DNA of 64,000 bases from Octopus bimaculoides (lineage: Eukaryota): positions 93,950,066 to 94,014,065 of the forward strand of contig NC_068987.1 of NCBI RefSeq assembly GCF_001194135.2, in the 5' to 3' direction. The translations under genes were made by a program, and so were the position numbers. Shown one piece after another: positions 39,147 to 50,423 of the stretch. Each line of letters begins with the position of its first letter. The first letter of the stretch is position 1. The notes below the pieces were generated by a model that had not been told where the DNA came from, ran no database searches, and saw only the letters and a list, made by a program, of their open reading frames with translations.

Positions 39147-39352
39147 TCAACATAAGAGTCTGGAAGCATAAACTATTTTATGAGGACTGGAGTTGATCAC
39201 GTTCTTCATGGTGGCGGACATGTTGGAGGAGGAAGAGGGGAGTGAAGGAGGAGTGGATGGTGGAGCAGGCGATGGCGGTGGTGGAGCTTCTGGAATGTTT
39301 ACTTCATTAATTGGAAGAAGCAGTGAGTAAAGTCTTTTTTTTAAAGCATTCG
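39147..39352 (-). CDS. Candidate terminal coding exon of an unidentified gene
   Basis: After TATTTGCAG| the phase-1 frame reads (A)NALKKRLYSLLLPINEVNIPEAPPPPSPAPPSTPPSLPSSSSNMSATMKNVINSSPHKIVYASRLLC*. Codons are C-ending biased and the phase is compatible with 44453-44312. The acceptor is weak, and a competing plus-strand exon reading exists. Confidence 0.35.
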
Positions 39353-40866
39353 CTGCAAATACTTATCTGATAGTAGATGTATGTATGTATGTATGTATGT
39401 ATGTATGTATGTATGTATGTATGCCTGTATGCATGTATGTATGTATGTATGTATGTATGTATGCATGTATGTATGTATGTATATGTATGTATGTATGTAT
39501 GAAATGTATGTATGAAATGTATATAAGTTTGCATGTTGTATGTATATATATTTTGTATTGCTTCTATGTATGAATGTATGACGTATGTATATATTGCAAT
39601 GTATGTCTGTATTTATTGTTTGTTTGTGTGTATATATGTATATATATATGATAGATTTAATTACGTGTGTCAAAAAATGTCGTATTCGACACAAATTGTT
39701 GAGTTGATTCTATTTCTATAAAGCAATAACAAGTAATTACATTACATGGTTACTTCAAGTGGAATATCTCCGCCATGATATCAAAAGTTGAACTAACTCA
39801 TCGTCTCAATGGAGAGATACACGATGACGCACAGAGCCAAATACACACACATCAACACACACACACACATGCATTCTTCTCTTTGTTTTCTCTCTCTTTT
39901 TCTACATACATACGTACATACAGTCACACATACACATGCACGCGCATACTTAGAACATAGATAGTGCTATCTATTTAAATCTGAGTAGAAGCCGAGCTTT
40001 GCTTATAATATACACAACAATACTGATAAATATTCGTGAATTACTAAAGTGAATATATATCTGCCACAGAACCTCCCCCGACAACAAGTCGCTAATATCT
40101 GAGCGTTATCTAAGCTTAATAAGATTATGTATGTATAAAAACATGCAATGTAATTTCCACAGTCCATGAATCCACCAAAGCTTTCCACTAGAATGAAGGA
40201 CAACTCAGATTTACAAGATATAAAGATACACAAACAGGCATCACAAATATACATTCCTATCGTCAGCTGCCAAGCAGATATCGTTATGGTTTCAATGCCT
40301 GGTCTGCACCATTTAGTGCGGTGGTGCCAACAGCGTTAGAAGCATAAACTCTGCGTGGGAATCAATAGTAATCAGCAAGATATCTGACAGGATAACTTTT
40401 TAGACATTTACTGAGTGTAGTCTGCCAGGATGCCAAAGCGAGTCGGAAATATATTGCTCTATCCTGGCTTTCTTCATTTTTAACTTTAGTCAATATTATT
40501 CAAAACCAGAATATTTACACGAAATAAAAGCTAAGATATTTTAATTGTTTGTACATATTTTTATTAAGTCACGATGTTTACTTAACTTCTAATATCATAT
40601 TTGCAGAATATATAGCTATGATATTGTACATGGATAGGAATAAGTTTTAAAACTGACAAATTTACAATTATTTTTAGAAGCTTTTAATTTCCATTTAACA
40701 TTAAAGAAAAATCATTCAAACCAAATGCTAACATTCCCAGAACTACCACAAATTGAAAACAGACCAAAGCCTCTAAAACTTCATAATATTGTTCACCTAA
40801 AAACACATACAAACGTTTATATTGTTGGTGAATGTGAAACAAGCCTTGAGTAAATCGAAATATTCA

Positions 40867-40905
<39 letters not shown>

Positions 40906-40907
40906 TC

Positions 40908-40941
<34 letters not shown>

Positions 40942-41042
40942 ATAATATCTATCTATCTATCTATCTATCTGTCTGTCTGTCTGTCTGTCTGTCTGTTTAT
41001 CTGTTTGCTTGTCTTACTCTCACTCCCTCTTGATATATGTAT

Positions 41043-41230
41043 GACTGTGTTTGTCCCCCCCACCATCACTTGAAAATCTATGTTGGTGTGTTTATGTCCC
41101 CGTAACTTAGCGGTTCGGAAAAAGTGACCGATAGAATAAGTACTAGGCTTACAAAGAATAAATCCTAGAGTCAATTTGTTCGACTAAAGGCGAGATCTCC
41201 AGCATGGCCACAGTCAAAGACTGAAACAAA
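41043..41230 (+). mobile_element. SINE family 2, 3' half
   Basis: TGTTTGTCCCCCC...GTAACTTAGCGGTTCGG...AATAAGTACTAGGCTTACAAAGAATAA...CCAGCATGGCCACAGTC. Confidence 0.9.
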
Positions 41231-41278
41231 AAATATATATAATATATATATACACTAGATACATAGATATTTATGCGC

Positions 41279-41311
<33 letters not shown>

Positions 41312-42764
41312 NNNNNNNNNNNNNNNNNNNNNNNNNNNNNNNNNNNNNNNNNNNNNNNNNNNNNNNNNNNNNNNNNNNNNNNNNNNNNNNNNNNNNNNNN
41401 NNNNNNNNNNNNNNNNNNNNNNNNNNNNNNNNNNNNNNNNNNNNNNNNNNNNNNNNNNNNNNNNNNNNNNNNNNNNNNNNNNNNNNNNNNNNNNNNNNNN
41501 NNNNNNNNNNNNNNNNNNNNNNNNTATATATATATATATATATATATGCACATACACACACATACATCCAATGCAAGCATATGCAGTACATACATATCTG
41601 TATGTGTAATATAATAAATATTTATATCATACATACAGTTTGAAATATTATATGACCTCCTCTATATCAGGTATCTTATTTTCCTACCGCCATGCAAATT
41701 AATTTACTGACGACTACGTCAACTAATTACTTATTAATCACCTAATTATCTCAGTCAATTAACTCTCTACTAATATACATATTATAATACTACCTGACGA
41801 TAAATACACCTCTCAGTTTACATCGCTGTTTCCTTCAATTTCTGAATTGTCTTTCTCGCCAATTTCCACCATGTTTTAAATATCCAGAGACTAAATCAAC
41901 GCAACAAGTTGCTCCGATTTCTGTCCATCATTTTAGAGATAGAACAGATCGCTTCCAACCGGAAATGCAATCAATACTTTCAATTCCAAACTACTAAATA
42001 CTTACCAAACACCGATCTTTACCCCAACCTTTCTCCTTAGTAGCCGCCACTACTAGAATATATGGCTCAAAACTTCTTTCTAGTCAAACCTGCCAAAGAT
42101 AAAATTTTTTCGTGATCTTCCGTCATGCTAGATATAGCAGCCTAATTTCATTCAACTCACTCCTTGAAGTCTTAAAAAAGGAAACTGCACAATATAAACT
42201 GCAGCAACAGCAATAGTTATACTGTGTAATACAATATATGATAGTAAATCCTGGGGTACCCTCGACGATAAGGCAGTTCGATGAGGGCTGAACGGCAATT
42301 AAGGAGGACGCTATATATATGATTGGTAAGATATACCGTGTCAATGATTTCATTCTTGTTGAACTACCATTGAACTTTAACGAGATATGAATTCTCTATT
42401 TCTCCCAGTATCAATATGTCGACGACATTTTCTTTCTCATTATGTGAACGTCATCCATTTAAACACATTGTGTTTAAACCCATATTGTGTTTAAACCCAT
42501 ATTGTGTTCATTCTCATTTTCAGTCTCTTCGCTAGTGATACCCTCAGTCTGTCCTGTAAAGAACAATTCCTCCTAATTTCTTTCGCTGCCCGTCAACTTA
42601 AAACCTTCAAATTGATGTCCTTGTCGGAGAATATCAACCATATTGATCTCCCTAGGCTCGAAAGACCTATGGCCGCCATGTGTATTGCCCCTTTTTTCAT
42701 TCTGAAATATTTAGCGGCGAATCATAAGACGAGGTAAGTTGAGCTTAACCCTAGGTGCAGTAAG

Positions 42765-42822
42765 AGCCACTGACGAGAATTAAGACACTCTGCATCAAAA
42801 TTCGAAATCACGCGATGTGGCT
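42765..42822 (+). ncRNA. Type I hammerhead ribozyme fold (probably Penelope-derived; cleavage nucleotide mutated)
   Basis: Stem I AGCCA/TGGCT, core CTGACGA, stem II GAATT/AATTC, GAAA, stem III ATC/GAT. Position 17 is G (AUG triplet) rather than A/C/U. Confidence 0.6.
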
Positions 42823-43660
42823 ATATCTGCGACCATTGGGAGCATTGTCTCCCTTGTCGAGTTAATACACACACACACTCACACGCATACACATACACAC
42901 ATGCACACATACCTACATTACACGCACGCATGAGAGAGAAAAAGGGAAAGACTGAGATGAGAAATGTTAGAAAGTGCAGGTGATTAGAATGAAAGTGAAT
43001 TGGAATGAAATAAACACGAAGAAATGAAGAAGAGAAAGAAAATAGAGACGAAGTTAAAAGAAATAGAAATATTTATAAGCAAAAAAGACATGGAGAACGG
43101 TGGGGCCTAAGGAATCTGAGGAAGAGAGGATAATGAAGGATTGAAAGAAGGAGTGAATCGGTGATGGTAATAGAAGAGAAGAAAATGAATGAAAGAGAAT
43201 GAAAATTGAAAGAAGGAGCGAAAACATGAGGGATAGAGCGAAAATAGGAAGAAATGAAATATAGCGTAAAAAGGAAAAAAATGAAATATAGTGAAAAAAA
43301 ATGAAAGGAAAAGTTTGGAAGAAGGAAAGCTTTTAAGAAAGAAACAAGAAAGAAGATGAAGGAAAGAAAAACAAGATCACAAGTAGAATAAAGAAAGAAA
43401 GAATGAGATAGATTTTGAGAAAATGAAAGAAAGAGTAGAAGAATAAGAGAGTTTAGAAGAAAGAGTGAAATAGTGAAAGAAAAGAAGGAAAGTGAAATGA
43501 AAAACGTGAAGGAAAGGACAAAACAATAAATGTAAATCAGAGAGAAAGACGGAAGAAATAATGAGTAAATAAATATATAAATAAAAGAAGGAAAAGAAGA
43601 AGGTGAAAGAAAAGAAGACAAAGCAGAGTAGTGAAGGTGGTGGGACATAAGAAATTTGCA

Positions 43661-43757
43661 ATGAATATTCATGAAGGTGCTAAGTGACTATTAGTGCTGT
43701 TTCTCTTTGCACATGAATATTCATTTGTTTCTTTAGTTAATCTAATTAAATATTCAT
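43661..43757. promoter_or_regulatory. Cluster of POU-dimer MORE-type palindromes
   Basis: ATGAATATTCAT at 43661-43672 and 43713-43724, TAAATATTCAT at 43747-43757, and an adjacent CTAATTAA. Confidence 0.45.
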
Positions 43758-44311
43758 GCCCGGCTGTCTGTAATTCGACAATTGCACGGTGCGATTTCAG
43801 CAGAGGAACAGAACAAACAAAACATTCGGAGGGGGTGGTGTGGGGAAGAAAGAAACAAAACGATGATGATGGTGCTGGTGGTGACAGAGGTGGTGCTGGA
43901 GATGATATATCGATGATGATGATGATGATGAGAAGAAAAGAAGGAGGAGGAGGAGGAGGAGGCCTATAAATGCAATACAAAGACATGCAAAATGATGTGA
44001 GTTTATATGTGTGTGTGTGCGTGTGCGTGCGTGCTTATCTGTATATGTATACACACACATATGTGTGTATATTTATATGAATGTATGTATGTATGTGTGT
44101 GTGTGTTTATATGAATGTATGTATGTATGTGTGTGTGTTTGTATGGATGTAAGTATGTATGTGTGTGTATGTGTGTGTATGCATGTACTTATCCCTTATT
44201 CGTCGTATATCGATGGAGCAGAATTCTTACTTCTCATCGATCTTGTGGTGGTGTGGTGAAGGAAACTCCACCGCCTCTCCACGCCTGAATACTTTCCAAC
44301 ACCCCACCCAC

Positions 44312-44453
44312 CCCTCATGTCGGTGTATGTGGCGATGAAGCGATTATCTTTGTCCCTGTACAGGTTGTCCATGAAGTTCCGGTCGATGTTGCTATTGTCG
44401 ATGAAACGCCGCGTTGTATGTCACATATCGGCCAGGTTTCCCAATACTTGTTT
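44312..44453 (-). CDS. Candidate coding exon with one in-frame TGA
   Basis: Acceptor CGTCTCTATTCCTTAG|, then phase-0 frame KQVLGNLADM*HTTRRFIDNSNIDRNFMDNLYRDKDNRFIATYTDMR, then donor G|GTGGGT. The third-position C bias is strongly atypical of the surrounding DNA. Confidence 0.4.
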
Positions 44454-47197
44454 CTAAGGAATAGAGACGTTGCCCTACGATTTCGAAATGAGAGTTAGGT
44501 CATCTTCCTTTTCGCTCTTCCCTCGAGCAAGGAGGCACTCTCCTTTGTAACAAATAGCTTTCAAAGTTTATCCTTTGCATGGAGTTTAACCTTTATTGTT
44601 TCTTCTTTGCTTGCAATATTAGCCACGGATAGATTCTTCTTCTTACTAGAACTGGTTCTGCTTTTATTATTGCCATCTTTGTTTGTATTTTCATCATTTT
44701 TTTCTGTATTTCTAGAATTTTCATTGTCTGTGCTTATAATTATCTCTTGTCGTTTAATTGTCATTTTTATTTATATTCTGAATTTTCAAATATTTAAAAG
44801 GGCATATTCCCTGCTCTGACCTTTTTGTCTATCATTTCCTCCCGTAAACAAAGAATGATTCGCAAATATATTCACAAATATATTCGCAAATATATTCGCA
44901 CCATAAAATGTCTAATGAGGAACCTTTTTATTCATCCTTGATAAGCGGATGAACGTTCAAATATTCTAAAGTCTTTTGTTGCTAAAATAAACTAAAATAA
45001 ATAAATAAACTACTAAATAACACCATATTTTGTTTTTCTTTTTAATGAAATAATCTTGGGAGAAAATATTTTCTAAGCTTTGATTTGTGAAAACGTGATC
45101 TTCCACAACAAACAGCAACGATGACGCTGATGACAGGGAGAGCGCTGGTGGCGGTGGCGACGTCAACGAGGATGACGTAACAGTGAAGTATCTTCTGCTT
45201 CTTCCGCTGTCACCGCCATTTCTATAATAAACAATACTGACACCTCCATCCCTAATGAAATTGTATAATGAGTTATGCAATGATTATTTAGAAGAAAGCA
45301 ATGAACACAAGAAACACCACAAAACAACAATTCCTAGGTGGACTTAGAGAAATAAAGTTAAAATTTCGTTCGACCAATAACGACTATAACACCACGGGAC
45401 GATCAAGGAACCACTATGTGATCACTGAATTTGCTTGTAATAGCAGCTACATCTCAGTCAAATGGTACCTTACTGTTTTCTACTCAAAACAATCCACCCA
45501 ATATTCTGTGAGTAAGGGACATTAAATAAAAATATCTGAGCCAATAATTGTTCAGCCATGATTGAAAATCAGTAACGTGATCACCAAAATCGAATAATTA
45601 ATAATCATGACAATGATGGCGGTGAAGATGGTGATGTTGATATCGATGAGGTTAATGATGTTAACCAATGATAGCGATGATGATGACAATGACAAATATT
45701 ATATCCACCCAAATTATCCCCTTATCGTACTACTTTCCACTCCAGATGACCAACTCATCAAACCAGCTCCGAACACAATGCTTCACCCACCGACCCAAAC
45801 ACATTCAACACAAGATATCTTCTGACCAGTGAATCGCCGCCGACAATCTTTTATCTTTGTAGTCCACAAGGAACACCATAGAAATATTTCAAAATTAAAA
45901 ACAAAAACATAAACCAAAACCACCACCACCATCACCATCACCATCATCACCACTATCCATCACCACCACCATCATTACTACTACAAACATCAGCGCCACC
46001 ACCTCAGCCAACCATCAAAATAAATCGAATCAACAAATGTGGTCTTTCTAGAAATAGCAGAAAGATTTTGGTCGAATCGTTTGTTATGTTATTTCCATCA
46101 TATGGTTATTGAGACCAGGGATCTACATCAGAAAAAGTTCCATTCCAAAATAAAGACCTAAGGAACGGATTTTGAACTCAGTGTGCAAAGAACTGGCACA
46201 CAAGATGTTCTGTCTAATTCAGTCTAATGACTCTTACAATTCACAACATTACTGTCTCAAAAACAAGGAGGCACGTTCTGGATAATATCGTAGTGGATGA
46301 TCACGGTTGGAAGGCTTTTGATAATGGGTCTGTTCACTCAAAGTTAAGCTGGGACTAAATAACATTAATACTATCACGACCATCACCACTAAAACTATCA
46401 CCAGTACAATCATCACCACATACACAACTACACCTTATAACGCCACAACGACGACGACGACCTCCACCCCACCACCACCACCACAACTATTAACTTCACC
46501 ATCTCTGTCACTACAACCCCTACCGCCACTGTCACAATCAGTAAGGCCTCTACCATCCACACCACCCTCATGCCATTAGATGTCAACTAAGATGAACCAG
46601 TCACTTTATCTCGAGATAAGACAGTTATTTCTTTGGCAATTTGTGTCAAAATAAAATAGCAGGAGGTGGGACATTCTTTGTCCAAGTTATTCTGGTTGTT
46701 GTTGTTGTTGTTGTTGTGGTTGTTTACTTATAAGTATTGCTGTTGTTCTTGTTCTTATTGTTCTTTATTGATATTATTTCGTTTTCGAATTTCAAGAATT
46801 TTTTTTTTCTTATTCTGATAATCTTGCCGCTATTACATTCCTTGCCTGTGATGATGATGATGATGTTGAAGAAGAGGAGGAGGAGGAGGAGGAGGCTTGC
46901 GTTCATGTGCTGCCGGAAGTTTGTGAATTTGTTCTATATTTATTCGATGAGCGTTTAATATAATTCTTTACTTGTCAAAGTTTGTCCATGTTTTTGGTTC
47001 TTTTCGTTGCTTCCGGTGTTTCGTTGGTTGCATCGGTGTCTATATGGTTCCTGTTTTTACGTGGATGACCAAATTGAGGTAGTAAATAAGAGAAGCATGA
47101 AGAATGCTCATCCTGAAGTGGATTACTGTACTTTATACATACGCACACACACACACACACACACATACACCTCATGCACATATACTCATACACCTGC

Positions 47198-47374
47198 ACA
47201 AGAGGAATATAAAGGAAATCGGAATAGAGTGCCCAGTAGAACTGTTACAAAAAGGTTTGCCTCCTTGGCTCGGCCAGAATAATCAGGAAAGTATTAGATA
47301 GCTGAAAAGAACGGAGAGCATGGTACCGTAGGCTGCAGGTAGAAAGCTCCAACAAAACCCGTGATAAAGAGAAA
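47198..47374 (+). mobile_element. R4/Dong-like LINE 3' end, family A
   Basis: NIKEIGIECPVELLQK/VCLLGSARIIRKVLDS* (one frameshift), about 70 bp of 3' UTR, then an (ATG)/(ATA)n tail. Confidence 0.75.
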
Positions 47375-47386
47375 ATGATGATGATC

Positions 47387-47429
<43 letters not shown>

Positions 47430-47444
47430 TAATAATAATAATAA

Positions 47445-47750
47445 TACAAAGACCTGGAAATAGAGATAACTCGAATGTGGAATCTAAAAACAGAAACAAT
47501 TCCTATCATAGTAGGTGCCTTAGGTATAATAAAAAAAAATATTCAGACAAATACATAACAAAAACACCAGGACTTACAAATATATATAACATACAGAAAA
47601 TTGCATTACTGGGCACTGCACACATTCTACGCAAGACACTTTCAATACAGTAAACATAAGAGCACCACAGCAGACCACAGCACATACCCAAGGCGCACAG
47701 AGCTGCGCTCGGTAGTGAAGTGAAAGCACGTTATAAAAATAAAACTACTG
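47445..47750 (+). mobile_element. R4/Dong-like LINE 3' end, family B, flanked on both sides by (TAA)n
   Basis: YKDLEIEITRMWNLKTETIPIIVGALGIIKK/YSDKYITKTPGLTNIYNIQKIALLGTAHILRKTLSIQ*, the RLE C-terminus, followed by a 3' UTR with hairpin GCGCA-CAGAGC-TGCGC. Confidence 0.9.
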
Positions 47751-47770
47751 AATAATAATAATAATAATAA

Positions 47771-48290
47771 TACAGACAGTAAACAAAGCACAAATGATGA
47801 AGCGCGTAATAAAAGAAAAGGGCACGAATGAAATACAAAGAGAGCACGTCAGAGAAATTGAAGAGAAACTTGTGCATGGCCAGTTTTGGAGAGTCACTGA
47901 TGCCGTACGTGAAACGAAATCCTGGGTTTGGTGAATAAAGTGGCAATTAAAAAAAAGTAAGAAAGTGCCTAATTATAACATGTCAAGATCAAGCGTTAAA
48001 AACAAAGAACTTGAGAAGAAAAACATGATTCTGAAGAAAGGGTTAAAAAGAGCGCGTCATTATAAGCGTGGTTATATCTTGAATGTAACGGCGAAATAAG
48101 AGCAGAAAATAGGAGAATCCTAGGATTTGGCTGGGGAAATACGACGGCTGTGGAGGGATCCTACAGAATTAATCCCAGTTGTTTATAGATGCCCTATGTA
48201 CCGTCACCAACCGATTGAACAGCTCCTTTATTCACAGTGGTGTAATTATGAAAGTGGCATCAATTCCGAAATCTGCTCTATTGGTGCCTT
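47771..48290 (+). mobile_element. R4/Dong-like LINE, family C, older and internally deleted
   Basis: KLVHGQFWRVTD..SWVW, LIITCQDQALKTKNLR and DLAGEIRRLWRDPTELIPVV are conserved R4-clade motifs in colinear order. Confidence 0.75.
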
Positions 48291-49476
48291 TGTAAGACAT
48301 TGTATTAGACATTGTAAGACATTGTATTGGACATTGTAAGAAATGTCTTCAGTGCCTCCGGAAACTTTTTGCGACCCAGTACCAAGAACATTGATTCCGA
48401 ATGCAAAACATATGTGTACACCATTATGAATAATGACAATAAACCATAGATAATGTTATCATCAAACTTTCCCATTGAATGCATCGTTTATGTAATTTTT
48501 CCATTGAGAAATGTAGATTATTTCATTAACTCTTCAAGCTATACGATATACGATTTAATTCGTCTTTAACGCGTGCCTTACGTTTTGTTCAAAGAACAAT
48601 TACTTGCTTTAATGGTATTAAAAAAATAAAAAAACAGGTAACATTCATTTTGTGGTGTTATTGATACTGTCAATAATGGTATTAAGCTAATTTGTATTTT
48701 TCACTTCAACCTTTGAACATTTAAGAGCCGAAAGATTTCATTGAGTAATCATATATCATCTAAATGTAAAATAATGTTTAATTACCATCACAATGAGTCA
48801 TTAAATTAGGTGACAATGTATTTACATACATATGTATGACAGTGTGAGTGTGTGTTTGTTTGTACGCCTTTGTACTTATAGATTTGATGTATATGTAATA
48901 CTTTAATTCTTTAACTAGTTTCAGCTCGAAAGCAGCGGCCATGCTGGGGCACCACCTTTTGCTTCGATACACCTTAGCTATTTGAAACCTCCTCTAATAT
49001 GTGGCGATTTCGTGGATAACGGAGTTGATGTTGCAGCCCTCATCTGCGATACCTACCATGAGGTAAGCTCACCCAGTGCTCTTGACAGGAAAAGATCCAG
49101 TTTTGTTTTTATACCATGTAGATCTCTCAGACTTTTCGGGAACATACTGAAGAATTTGGGTGGGGGTGGGGCCTTGAAACTCAAGCTATTGCAGTACCCA
49201 GTCCTGTATCTTGATGGCAACCTTTGGGTGTTTCAGGTATGAAATGCAGAGGACCTATAATTAAGTGTCTGAATAATACTTTATAGCTCAGGTGTTATTC
49301 AGGTGTTATTCAGGCAGTCAGAAATAGCTGTAGGCTAATAGAGTTCACAAGATAATCACTTACCCCTTTGTCATCTTTCTTTCTTATTATCGCTCAATAC
49401 TTGGTTAACACTTCGTTCTGAAGTATTAGTCGCATATTGAGCTCTCCACCAGAATAATTGTCTCGCAATATACATA

Positions 49477-49532
<56 letters not shown>

Positions 49533-49624
49533 TATATACATATATGTACATATATATATATATACATGTATATATGTGTGTGTGTATGTATGTATGCATG
49601 TATGTATGTATGTATATATCTATC

Positions 49625-49692
<68 letters not shown>

Positions 49693-50370
49693 TGTGTCTG
49701 TGTGTGTGTGTACGCGTGTGTGCATGTATCTATGTTTGTATGTATGTATGTATGTATCTATCTATATATATATATGTATATATATAAATGCACGGATCCA
49801 TATAATTTCTGTATACGTCTATGCATATAAATACATACATGTATATCTATGTATATGTATTATACGAATTAGTAAAAGTGTTTTGGTATTTTTCATGAGA
49901 CCAGTGCCACTCCACAAATCTGATGCTTAAATACTTCCCTTCTATGATGAGAGTCATCCATCGCCCCCGTTCATCATTTAACCTTTTCTGACCTTCATTA
50001 AACATCTTCAACGTACATTTAACCTATTTATTATTCTATGTTTGTATCTTCAAGACATTTCTCGTTGTCTAGGAGAGTTTTGCATGCCTATTGCTGCATG
50101 CATGTTTGTATAGAATGTAAGCTGGGTATGCACATAACGTACACATTTTATAGGTAATGTCTATATATATATATATATATNNNNNNNNNNNNNNNNNNNN
50201 NNNNNNNNNNNNNNNNNNNNNNNNNNNNNNNNNNNNNNNNNNNNNNNNNNNNNNNNNNNNNNNNNNNNNNNNNNNNNNNNNNNNNNNNNNNNNNNNNNNN
50301 NNNNNNNNNNNNNNNNNNNNNNNNNNNNNNNNNNNNNNNNNNNNNNNNNNNNNNNNNNNNNNNNNNNNNN

Positions 50371-50423
<53 letters not shown>

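Noticed and set aside
48973-49052. Plus-strand open segment YLKPPLICGDF... ending at GAG|GTAAGC
   Set aside because: Only a weak GDF resemblance to APE endonucleases, a poor acceptor, and no compatible neighbouring exon.
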